Of a stretch of 64,000 nt of DNA, positions 31,792 through 40,454 are shown piece after piece. The position numbers and the translations under genes were made by a program. Location of the stretch: positions 480,001-544,000 of the forward strand of contig CAXWPL010000001.1 of the NCBI GenBank assembly GCA_963666215.2, written 5' to 3'. The DNA is from Acidobacteriota bacterium (GTDB taxonomy: Bacteria > Acidobacteriota > UBA890 > WLXD01). The notes under the pieces are model-generated. The model saw only the letters and a list, made by a program, of their open reading frames with translations. It had not been told where the DNA came from and made no database searches. Position 1 is the stretch's first letter. Each line of letters begins with the position of its first letter.

Positions 31792-32390
31792 GGTACCGAT
31801 ATCCTAGGTGGCGACTAGCCGTGCTGTCTAGTAGGTAACGTCATCGCAGCAATTCAAACTGAGACACTACCAGACAGGCGGGAGGCGAGCGCGTCGATAA
31901 GGAATTCGGGAACTACCGACTGCGACCGGTGATGGAGCAGGTTCTCCGCGGCGGCGAGAACTCAGAAGCTTGGTATGACGAGATCCCGACCGGAGGGCCC
32001 AGGGAGCCCGTGCGGTCGAGGTAACTTCCCGCTCATCACAACCGACCCTCGATGACGGTCCGGAAAAGCGGGCTCTGGCGAACTTGGCCGCTCCGTCGAC
32101 CGCGGCGACGATAGGGGCGCTTGACCGCCGGACTCTCGTCGAGCCGAGCAACTCAACATGGCAGTCGCGTGAGGCGACGATCGAACAAGCTGCCGGGGTG
32201 GCACGCCTGTCGGCCGGCGGCACTGGCATCTCCGAGTCGAGATCGAACAGGCGCTGCATGTGCTGCCCCGGTCGCTCAGCCTCGACGTACTTCATTCCCG
32301 AGGTCACGATCGTACGCGCCCGATCATCAACGACTTCAATGGTGACCGTGAGATAGGGAGAGTAGCTACGGCAACGGTGGGACCTTTCCG

Positions 32391-32525
32391 GTGTACGGAA
32401 ATGGCACCCAGATTCGCGACTTCACCTACGTGGTTGACGTCGTGAACGCAAACCTTCTCGCCGCCCTGGCTGGTCTCGCGCCGGGCGCGATCGTGAATAT
32501 CGCCGGAGGGGCGTCGACCACCTTG
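32391..32525 (+). pseudogene. NAD-dependent sugar epimerase/dehydratase fragment
   Basis: YGNGTQIRDFTYVVDVVNANL..VNIAGG. Confidence 0.7.
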
Positions 32526-32606
32526 AGCGAACGGCACCCACGGCGGCGCTCGACTCTCGAAGAAGTCAGGCCCCCCCCTGCGCTCCCCCGCTCGTGATCG
32601 GCAACC

Positions 32607-33611
32607 TCACGCAGAGCAGGACGCTCCACCCAGCACGCAGAACTTGGCGCAGTGCGGATGGTTGAGCTTCACCGAGCCGAGCGCCTCTGACAGGGTTTCG
32701 CCGAGCTCGAACTGTGGGTCGTACGGCAGCAGCGTGCAGGCGAGCACGGCAGGGTGATCGACGCCCTTGCGCTTGACCACCATGCGCGAGCTGGCGCACA
32801 TCATCGAGTCGGGATTGACGTCGAGGATGCCCCAGCAGTCGACGGTGATCTCGGGCACGTCGACATTGGGGTCCATCTCCGGAAAGAGTACGAGCTCGCC
32901 GCGATCCTCTGGGTTGATTCGACTCGCTGCGTTGATGAAGAGCTCGTCGAACAGCCGGCCGTAGCCAGCCCGCGCCTCGGGCTCTTGCTCACCCCAGCAG
33001 GTACGGCCCGCCACGGCGATCCGGAAGCCCGACTGGGCCAACCAACGCAGACCCTCGATCGCCGACGCAAAAGCCCCCGCACCGCGCTCGGTGTCGTGCA
33101 GCTCATCGGTGTGGTGATCGAGGCTCACGCGCAGCGTCAAGCGATCGCCGTGGATCTCTTTGAGAGCCAGTAGTCGCTCCTGAACCGGCCGCCGCATCAT
33201 CGGCCGCATGGCGTTCGTCAGCACGAGAACCTCGTAGCCGCGGCCGAGAGTGTCGTCGAGGATGTCGAGGAAGTATGGATTCAGGAACGGCTCACCCCCG
33301 GTAAACCCGATCTCTCGAGTACCGAGGCCGAGCTCGTCGATCTCGTCGAGGTAGCCGGCGACCTCGGCGGCGGTCATGTACGCGAGCCGATCGTTGGTCG
33401 GACTCGACTCGATGTAGCAGTTGACGCACTCGATGTTGCACAGCGTGCCGGTGTTGAACCACAGCGTGTCGAGACCGGTGAGGGTCACCGTCGCGCGGCG
33501 CTCGCCCTTGGCTGTGATGTCGGGGTCGCGGAACTTCGCCGGGTCGAGCACCGGTCGAGCCACGCCGGCCTCGGTGCTCGGAGCCACTCCGACAGCAACC
33601 GTAACGCTCAA
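32607..33611 (-). CDS. Radical SAM protein (ArsS-related)
   Basis: WFNTGTLCNIECVNC (CxxxCxxC), FTGGEP, VLTN, RVSLD, C-terminal HCAKFCVLGGASC; TTG start overlaps the upstream stop. Confidence 0.85.
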   Translation of the reverse strand: MSVTVAVGVAPSTEAGVARPVLDPAKFRDPDITAKGERRATVTLTGLDTLWFNTGTLCNIECVNCYIESSPTNDRLAYMTAAEVAGYLDEIDELGLGTREIGFTGGEPFLNPYFLDILDDTLGRGYEVLVLTNAMRPMMRRPVQERLLALKEIHGDRLTLRVSLDHHTDELHDTERGAGAFASAIEGLRWLAQSGFRIAVAGRTCWGEQEPEARAGYGRLFDELFINAASRINPEDRGELVLFPEMDPNVDVPEITVDCWGILDVNPDSMMCASSRMVVKRKGVDHPAVLACTLLPYDPQFELGETLSEALGSVKLNHPHCAKFCVLGGASCSA

Positions 33612-34763
33612 CACTCGTCTCCCGGCTCGCAGCACGCAACGGCTTCGGTGGTGACGTCGTAGTCGAGGCCCTTGGTCTCGCGTGGATGACGCAGCGCGGT
33701 GCGGCTGCAATCGAAAGGCGGCGCGTTTTCGAGCGCGACCTCGTCCAGCGGGTCGACGAAGTCGAACGAGGTGGCGTACGGCTCGCGCGCGTAGATCTCG
33801 TAGGTCTTGTCGCATACCGCGTAGCGCTTGCCACGCTCCATGCGGTGACCGTCGTCGTCGAGCACCTCCTTGAAGGGGCCGCGATAGATCACCGCCTGGT
33901 TGCGCTCGATGCAGGCGCCTTCCTTGCCCTTGAATGCCTCGACCGTCACCGAGCGGAACTCGATACCCTCTACCGTACGCCAGGGCTCGGTTTGGCGCGA
34001 CACCACGCGTATGCCGTAGAAGCCCGCGCTCTCGAAGGCGCGCAGAAAACCGTCCTCGGTGAAGGCACCTGAGATGCAGCCGCTCCACAGCTCCGGATCT
34101 TGCTGCAGATCCTCCGGCACGACCTCGTCGGAGACGATGTCGGAGATCACCGCGCGGCCACCTCGGCGCAGCACACGGTGGATCTCGGCAAACAGCTGCT
34201 CACGCGCCGCCATGTCGACGAGGTTCAGAACGCAGTTGGAAACCACCACGTCCACCGAAGCCGACTCAACCAGGGGCCGAGCGCTGCGCAGCTCGTCCGC
34301 CTTTCTTTCGGCCGCGACCATTCCTTCGTAGCTGGCCACGGGACGGGCCGCGAGCTCGGCGTCGAGAGCGTTGAGATCGAGCGCCAGGTCCTGGATACGA
34401 CCGCGGCGGAACTCGACATTGGCGTAGCCGATTCGCTCGGCAACCACGGGGGCATTGCTGCGAGCAACGTCGAGCATGTCGGCTGTCATGTCGACGCCGA
34501 TGACGCGCCCGGACGGGCCCACAACCTGCGCCGCGATGAAACGGATCTTTGCCCGTGCCGCTGCCCAGATCGAGAACGGTCTCTCCCTGGCGCAGGTGCT
34601 TGGACGGGTCGCCACAGCCGTAGTCGCGCTCGAGCACCTCGTTGGGGATCGCCTCCAGGTACTCAGGGTCGTAGTCGGTGGGGCAGCACAGATCCGCAAC
34701 ACGCATCTGTGCGCCCTCTGCATAGCGATTGCGCACCGCCTGTTCGACATCGATAACGGACAT
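33608..34763 (-). CDS. ArsM-like SAM-dependent methyltransferase (frameshift ~34548)
   Basis: LCCP, DYGCGDP, VLDLGSGTGK | IGVDMT, SNCVLNL, WSGCISGA, C-terminal CC..C; two overlapping ORFs. Confidence 0.85.
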
Positions 34764-34782
34764 GGGGACGTTCCTCAAAGAC

Positions 34783-34836
34783 CGGGACACTTGGACACGG
34801 GGACACGGGGACACGGGGACGCGGGGACGCGGAGAC
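34783..34836 (+). repeat. 8-bp tandem repeat (GGGGACAC/GGGGACGC, ~6-7 units)
   Basis: GGGACAC TTGGACAC GGGGACAC GGGGACAC GGGGACGC GGGGACGC GGAGAC. Confidence 0.85.
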
Positions 34837-34922
34837 ATTGCGGCAACGAGCGGTCTCCGCAGCACCGAATGGCGGCGGAGCTCGACAGCTCGGGATAACC
34901 GAGAAGCAGTCTGCGTCGAGCG

Positions 34923-35678
34923 CTAAGCGCAGACCGGGGCCGCGCGATTTCCCGGCAGGCGCAACGGCCACGATGGTCGCGGACGATCCGCGCCAAGCAA
35001 TGCCGGTCGCCGCAGTTCCGCGAGCGCGCGCAACAATGCGGGCAACAACCAGCCCCACCCGTTCGACAGGCCTGAGTGGCTCGAAAGACCCGAGGCGCGC
35101 GTCAGCCACCGTTGCAGATCCTGCGGCCGGTCGAGGTCGTCGAGCGGATCGAGCAGGTGGACCGGTATCCCGGCAAGATCGAGCCGATCGAGCAGAGACC
35201 GCAACGTGTCGCCGGTGCACCAGCTCACTCCGTCGAGCTCACGCTCCAGCGACCTGCGGGAAGCAAGCAGATAAAAGCCGCCGTCACGAGACGGGCCGAC
35301 GACGACCGCGTTCGGGTGACGCTCGAGGTGATTGCCGGCGCGCTCGAGGTGATTGGCAGTCAGGCCCGGAGCGTCGGTACCCACAACCATCACGGCACCG
35401 TCGGCATCGGCATGAACCCGGCGCATGGCGGCACCAATGCGCTCGCCGAAGTTGCGCCCCCGCTGACGTTCGTACGCCGCCGCGGCCGGCAGTCGCATCG
35501 CCGTCGGTGACGACACCACCACCCGACAGCCAGCGTCGCGACCAGCGCGCAGCGTCGCGCTCAAGCACTCACGATGCAGCGCTCGCTCCATCGGCGCCAG
35601 ACGGGCCGGCAGCAACCGCCGGCAGGCCGCCTCGCTCTCCACGCCGCGCGTAAAAACCAACAGGGTCTGTCGCTTCAT
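34923..35678 (-). CDS. DUF2064 / TIGR04282-like glycosyltransferase-fold protein
   Basis: LLVFTR, QRGRNFGERI, VVGTDAP, VVGPSRDGGFYL, VSWCT, LDDLDRPQDL. Confidence 0.85.
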   Translation of the reverse strand: MKRQTLLVFTRGVESEAACRRLLPARLAPMERALHRECLSATLRAGRDAGCRVVVSSPTAMRLPAAAAYERQRGRNFGERIGAAMRRVHADADGAVMVVGTDAPGLTANHLERAGNHLERHPNAVVVGPSRDGGFYLLASRRSLERELDGVSWCTGDTLRSLLDRLDLAGIPVHLLDPLDDLDRPQDLQRWLTRASGLSSHSGLSNGWGWLLPALLRALAELRRPALLGADRPRPSWPLRLPGNRAAPVCA

Positions 35679-35889
35679 AAAGACAAGCATGGCACGGCAA
35701 TTCGGAAACCTCGACGATCGGCGACTCATCGCACAAAAGAGGCGTGACGCAGCTCACGCCCGCGTCGCCTGTCGAACGCGATCGGACGCAGGCCCGCCGA
35801 GGCTGGGGCGCTAGCCGACCTGCTAGGATAAATGGCGTCTACCCTGTGGTAAGAGCACGGCGTCCGCCGTCCACGTCAAGAGGACCGTA

Positions 35890-36804
35890 GTGCGCTGGAT
35901 ACCTTACGAGCCCAGCCCGGCAGGCGGCGCTAGCGTGTGGCGGACCGTGGCCATGTACCTCCCGGCCGCAGCGATCGCCGGTGTCACCCTTCTTTCCGCC
36001 ACGCCCTCCACATCGGTAGCACCCGGGCCCACCGACGAGCCCCCTGCGGTGGCCGGGCAGCGCAACGGCATGCGCCTGGTGGTCATCGACCCTGGCCACG
36101 GCGGTCTGGAGACGGGCGCCGTCGCCGGAAATGGCCTCGAGGAAAAGGACGTCACGCTCGACATCGCCGGCCGGCTACGGGATCTGATCTTCAGACGTAT
36201 CGGGCTGCAGGTTCGGCTGACCCGTGACTCGGACATCGACATGCCGCTCGAGGGACGCACCGAGAACGCCAACAACTGGCAAGCTGACGTCTTCATATCG
36301 ATTCACGCTAACGCCTACCGTGGGCGCGTCGCGCAGGGTCCCGAGACCTTCTTTCTCTCCGATACCGCCAGCGACGAGGTGGCCCGTGGACTGGCGGGTA
36401 TCGAGAACCGCTCCACCGGCGCCCGCCGTGGCGCCGGCAACTCGCCGGGGAGCGCCGCGCAGGAGCGTCGCGCCCAGCTGCCGGAGCTCGAGTTCCTTCT
36501 CTGGGACCTCGCACAGAAGGAACACCTGCGCCAGAGTCAGTCCCTCGCCGAGCACATCCAGGGCGAGCTCAACTCGTTGTGGCAAATTCGTGACCGTGGC
36601 GTAAAACAGGCGCCTTTCCGCGTGCTCAAGGGCGCAACCATGCCCGCGGTTCTCGTTGAGGTGGGCTTCATGTCCAACGCCGGCGACGCCGCAAGGCTGG
36701 CGAACGCCAATCACCGCCAACGCATAGCCGAAGCGATCTTCAACGCGCTCAACGGCTTCCGCAGCGACTACGCAGTTCTTGCTGGCGCGGCGCCGCCCAA
36801 CTAG
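35890..36804 (+). CDS. N-acetylmuramoyl-L-alanine amidase (Amidase_3)
   Basis: VVIDPGHGG, EKDVTL, FISIHAN, PAVLVEVGFMSN. Confidence 0.93.
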   Translation: MRWIPYEPSPAGGASVWRTVAMYLPAAAIAGVTLLSATPSTSVAPGPTDEPPAVAGQRNGMRLVVIDPGHGGLETGAVAGNGLEEKDVTLDIAGRLRDLIFRRIGLQVRLTRDSDIDMPLEGRTENANNWQADVFISIHANAYRGRVAQGPETFFLSDTASDEVARGLAGIENRSTGARRGAGNSPGSAAQERRAQLPELEFLLWDLAQKEHLRQSQSLAEHIQGELNSLWQIRDRGVKQAPFRVLKGATMPAVLVEVGFMSNAGDAARLANANHRQRIAEAIFNALNGFRSDYAVLAGAAPPN

Positions 36805-36828
36805 TCGTCGGGACGGCGCAGGCAACCG

Positions 36829-37584
36829 ATGAACGACTACTCGCCGTCGATTCCCTATCGCGTGCTGGCGATCGCGCTGGCCATCGTCGCCGGGCTGGCC
36901 CTGGTGTTCTGGAGCGTCAGTCGCCTGGGTAGCCCAACGCGTCCGATCGAGGACCTGACGATCGACGCCGCCAACGACGCGGAGCCCGACGCTGCAGGAG
37001 CGGCTTCCGCGGACCTGACAGCGGCCGCGCCGGGGGGTGACCCGGCGGCCGGCGGCAACACCAACGACCCGAACGCGACATCAGATCCGGCTGCAGACCA
37101 GGCGGCACAACAGGACGCCGATCCGAATGCCAACGAACAGGCGCTCGAGGTCGCGACCGAGCCGGTGTCGCTGCAGCTCTTCCTCGTCGACGCGGCCAGC
37201 ATGCGCCTGATTCCACGACGTCGGCGGATACGAGCACCGCTCACGCTGGCCGCAAAGGCGCACGTCGCGCTGCAGCAGCTGGTGCGCGCCGACGGGTCGC
37301 TCGGGTTGTCGCCGCTGCCGTCGGGAACCGAAGTGCGCGAGGTCTGGGTGTCGCGCGGCGGCATTGCCTACGTCGACTTCGGCAGCAAGCTGTTGAGATT
37401 GCTGCCCGGCGGCTCGATGAGCGAGATCCACGCGGTTTACGGCGTAGTCGGCACCCTCACCGGCAGCTTCCCCGGCATCCGCGCGGTGCATTTTCTGATC
37501 GACGGCAGCCCCATCGAGACCCTCACCGGTCATCTCGACCTCTCGGGCCCGATCTTCACTCCCTCGAGCTGGCCGCTGTACTAG
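36829..37584 (+). CDS. GerMN domain membrane protein
   Basis: N-terminal TM, SPLPSGT, AYVDF, VVGTLT, VHFLIDG..ETLTGHLDL. Confidence 0.88.
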   Translation: MNDYSPSIPYRVLAIALAIVAGLALVFWSVSRLGSPTRPIEDLTIDAANDAEPDAAGAASADLTAAAPGGDPAAGGNTNDPNATSDPAADQAAQQDADPNANEQALEVATEPVSLQLFLVDAASMRLIPRRRRIRAPLTLAAKAHVALQQLVRADGSLGLSPLPSGTEVREVWVSRGGIAYVDFGSKLLRLLPGGSMSEIHAVYGVVGTLTGSFPGIRAVHFLIDGSPIETLTGHLDLSGPIFTPSSWPLY

Positions 37585-37599
37585 GTCGACGAGCGCGAC

Positions 37600-38199
37600 A
37601 TGCCTGAGCTGCTGGTCGCCACCACCAATGCCGGCAAGGTGCGCGAGCTCCGCGAGCTGCTCGCCCCCGCCGGCTGGACGCTCACGCCGCTGTCGCCAGA
37701 CATCGACGAGTACGTCGAGACCGGCACGACGTTTGCCGACAACGCGCGCGGCAAGGCCCTCTACTACAGCTCGCTCACCGGCCTGCCGGCGCTTGCCGAC
37801 GACTCCGGACTGCAAATCGACGCGCTCGAGGGCGAGCCTGGTGTGTACTCGGCGCGCTACATCGATCCCGCCATCAGCCAGGAAGAGCGCAATCGCCGAG
37901 TGCTGCGACAACTCGATGGAGTTGCGATCGCGAACCGCGGAGCACGTTTCGTCTGCCACCTGGCGCTGGCTCACGGCGGGCGTGTGATTCACGAAACGAC
38001 CGGGGTTTGCAAAGGGCTGATGGCGACTCACGCCGCCGGTTCCCATGGTTTCGGCTACGATCCGATCTTCGTCGACAAGGAAACCGAACGAACGTTCGCG
38101 GAGCTCACCGCCGACGAGAAATCGGCACGGTCCCACCGCGGCAGAGCCGTGCGCGCCATGGCCCGCTGGCTCCGAAACTGGACGCCACCGCCCAGCTAG
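37600..38199 (+). CDS. rdgB: Non-canonical purine NTP pyrophosphatase (HAM1)
   Basis: ATTNAGKVRE, ADDSGL, PGVYSAR, GFGYDPIF, SHRGRA. Confidence 0.95.
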   Translation: MPELLVATTNAGKVRELRELLAPAGWTLTPLSPDIDEYVETGTTFADNARGKALYYSSLTGLPALADDSGLQIDALEGEPGVYSARYIDPAISQEERNRRVLRQLDGVAIANRGARFVCHLALAHGGRVIHETTGVCKGLMATHAAGSHGFGYDPIFVDKETERTFAELTADEKSARSHRGRAVRAMARWLRNWTPPPS

Positions 38200-38237
38200 C
38201 GCGTGTATCCTGAGCGATTCCCAGCACAAGACCAGGT

Positions 38238-38311
38238 CGGGGTGTGGCGCAGCTTGGAAGCGCACCTGCTTTGGGAGCAGGGGGCCGGAGGTTCAAATCC
38301 TCTCACCCCGA
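38238..38311 (+). tRNA. tRNA-Pro (anticodon TGG); followed by CCT rather than CCA
   Basis: CGGGGTG acceptor / CACCCCG-A; anticodon arm CCTGC-TTTGGGA-GCAGG; GGTTCAAATCC T-arm. Confidence 0.95.
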
Positions 38312-38719
38312 CCTAATAAGTCGAGTCAATCGAACGACTTACAGAGATTCGCGTGGAAGTCGTGCCACCCGGTGCTGCGGCTAGGTCACACAGGGGTCAC
38401 ACGGCGACCGCCCCTCCTGGAACAGTTGAGCGCGGCTTCGTCGAGGGCGTTCATGGGCTCGACGTCCACCGTTAGAGCAAGGCCAGCGCAGCGAGCGCGG
38501 CACAGTGACCTATTCGATACGACGGCCTCCTCAGCGCGAACGTCTACTTGGAGGCTCGCGGTCTGGGCACCTGCCAAGACCATGGCGCCCGGCGATGGCA
38601 CCGCCCAACCGCTGCTCGCGCTTACGAATAGCGATCGTGCCCTCGGAAGCAAAGGGAGGGCCGATCAGGCTGCGTCAACATCGTCCAGCTGTCGCCTCGT
38701 TGTTCTGAGAAGGACCCCC

Positions 38720-38975
38720 CCCTCCCCGATCGGCGGTTTGGTAATCCATCGTCCAGACGCCGCCGCCGCGGCCATTCCCAACCGCGTCCGCTGCGCGCGA
38801 AGGTCGTTGTCGAACTGGGCAAAACTGGCAAGAATGTTCTCAAGTAGCTGGCCGGTCGGATCTTTGCTAGTCGGCTCGGTGATCGAGGCCAATTGGGTTC
38901 TGTGCGATGCCAGGGCGCCACGCAAGGCGATGTGATCGTCGAGTTGACGCGCGAACCGGTCGTACTTCCACACGC
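38720..38975 (-). pseudogene. Large serine recombinase fragment
   Basis: VWKYDRFAR..LASITEP..DPTGQLLENILASFAQFDNDLRAQRTRLGM..GRW. Confidence 0.85.
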
Positions 38976-39088
38976 GGGCATTACCATGCAGCTGCATCGG
39001 GCGCTCCTTCTGAGGTCGTGGAGTCTTTGAACAACCCCATTGATCTCAGAAGTGAGCCCCGATGTGAACAACCTACTTAGAAAACACA
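38973..39088 (-). mobile_element. IS481 left-end remnant
   Basis: Near-identical reverse complement of 47589-47703 including IR and MQLHGNAR; flanked by CCTAG. Confidence 0.9.
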
Positions 39089-39094
39089 CCTAGA

Positions 39095-39265
39095 GACGGC
39101 CGGGAGTGGAACGAGATTCAGCCTCTGCGACTGGTGGACGCCTTGGTCCGCGCCGGCAAACCCCATGACCTGCTCGTGATTCCTGGCGACTTTCGAGATC
39201 CAGCGAACGTACGCCACACGCGGCAGACACTGCGCCGGTACTTCGCGGAGCACCTGAGGCCTTGA
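39095..39265 (+). pseudogene. S9/DPP-IV-like peptidase C-terminal remnant
   Basis: LRLVDALVRAGKPHDLLVIPG..RRYFAEHL*. Confidence 0.65.
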
Positions 39266-39444
39266 GCTCTAACCCCGTGTCGTCAGCGACGCTCGCGTGG
39301 TTACTGGAACGTCCAACCCGGCTTTAGGAGCAAGAGCAGGGGGAGCCCGGAGGCTTCGGCCTGCTTGGGGAGCACGTCAAACGGTGGTCCGGGATGGGTG
39401 TACGGAGGCCCCGCCTTGGCTGCAGTCGATACCTAGGCCCGCCG

Positions 39445-39500
39445 CTTCGGACGAGGATGAGTTGACGACAAGCCGCTACCTCGTGCGGGGGCATCCTGAA
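39445..39500 (+). repeat. Direct repeat A (56 bp), second copy 46352-46407
   Basis: CTTCGGACGAGGATGAGTTGACGACAAGCCGCTACCTCGTGCGGGGGCATCCTGAA identical at both sites. Confidence 0.9.
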
Positions 39501-39569
39501 TACGTAAGTGGTGTGTTGTGCGCCGCCGACTGTCGCGTATATAACTGGTCCCCGGTCAGCGGCCGGATA

Positions 39570-39749
39570 GCGAAACGGTCACGCCCCGTTCGGCCAGCAG
39601 GTCCTCGACGTCTCGAAGGCTCAGGCAGAAGCGGTGGTAGAGCCACGCCGCGTGGCTGATGATCTCGGGCGGGAATCGGTGCCTTCGATACTGCTGCAGC
39701 TCGTCAGTCATCGCCGAACCCTGCCAGGCTACCGGTTAACGACAGTGCC
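39570..39749 (-). mobile_element. IS6-family left-end remnant
   Basis: IR-like GGCACTGTCGTTAAC at 39749-39735; ATG 39711 MTDELQQYRRHRFPPEIISHAAWLYHRFCLSLRDVEDLLAERGVTVS. Confidence 0.85.
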
Positions 39750-40454
39750 GCCGTCGGGCTGCACCTGCAGGTCGCGCCGGACAGCATCGACCAGGGGCTG
39801 CATCACGTGCTCGGACGGGGATGACCCATGGGGCATTTCCGCCAGCACGGGGCTCCGGACCACCTGCGCCAGCGCCCCCAGGTTCACCCGCTCCCGCCCG
39901 GACGCCTGCTTCATGGGGCTGTTCAGGACGATCCCCAGCAAGGGGCAAGCCGCGGCGAGCAAGGCGCGTTCCGTAAGCGCCACGTGATTCACCGTCCCCA
40001 GGCTCGTGCGTGCCACAACGAGCACGCTCAGGTCGAGCTGGTTGGCGAGCTGCAGGAAGTCGAGGTCCGGGGCGAGCGGCACCAGCAGGCCTCCCGCTCC
40101 CTCCACGATCACCACGTCGTGGGCCTCGTTGAGCCGGCCGAAACTGGCTTCCAGCACGGCGGGATCGATGACCTGCCCCTCCTCCAGCGCGGCGATGGAG
40201 GGCGCGGCGGGAAGCTGGAAAGCGTAGGGCAGCACGTCGGCGGTAGGCGCCTCGCAGCCCGCCGCCTTGGCCAACAGGTCCGCGTCGCTGCCCGGTGGGA
40301 GCACCGTCGGGCGTGGACCGCCCTGGATGCCCGTCTCGCACGGCTTCATCACGCCGACCCGCAGACCCACCTCCCGCAGTGAGCGCGCCAGATGGCACGC
40401 CACCCACGTCTTGCCCACACTCGTGTCGGTCCCGGTGATCAGCAGCCCGCTCAT
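39729..40454 (-). CDS. bioD: Dethiobiotin synthase (last codons supplied by the IS6 end)
   Basis: ITGTDTSVGKT, MKPCETG, VEGAGGLLVP, LGTVNH. Confidence 0.95.
   Translation of the reverse strand: MSGLLITGTDTSVGKTWVACHLARSLREVGLRVGVMKPCETGIQGGPRPTVLPPGSDADLLAKAAGCEAPTADVLPYAFQLPAAPSIAALEEGQVIDPAVLEASFGRLNEAHDVVIVEGAGGLLVPLAPDLDFLQLANQLDLSVLVVARTSLGTVNHVALTERALLAAACPLLGIVLNSPMKQASGRERVNLGALAQVVRSPVLAEMPHGSSPSEHVMQPLVDAVRRDLQVQPDGGTVVNR

Larger units (their letters stand above)
29876..31871 (-). mobile_element. IS1-like transposon with passenger genes
   Basis: Perfect 18-bp IRs GGTAGTGTCTCAGTTTGA (29876) / TCAAACTGAGACACTACC (31871); 8-bp TSD AGACAGGC at 29868-29875 and 31872-31879; lower GC interior. 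Confidence 0.93.
29810..32024 (+). pseudogene. C-terminal fragment of a sulfatase/alkaline-phosphatase-like gene interrupted by the IS1-like element
   Basis: Removing element plus one TSD restores LTHVPLLVKLPRQ|AGGERVD...* (stop 32022-32024). Confidence 0.55.

Noticed and set aside
32607-32625. Selenocysteine readthrough at the radical SAM C-terminus
   Set aside because: TGA follows the terminal Cys motif rather than replacing a Cys; no convincing SECIS seen
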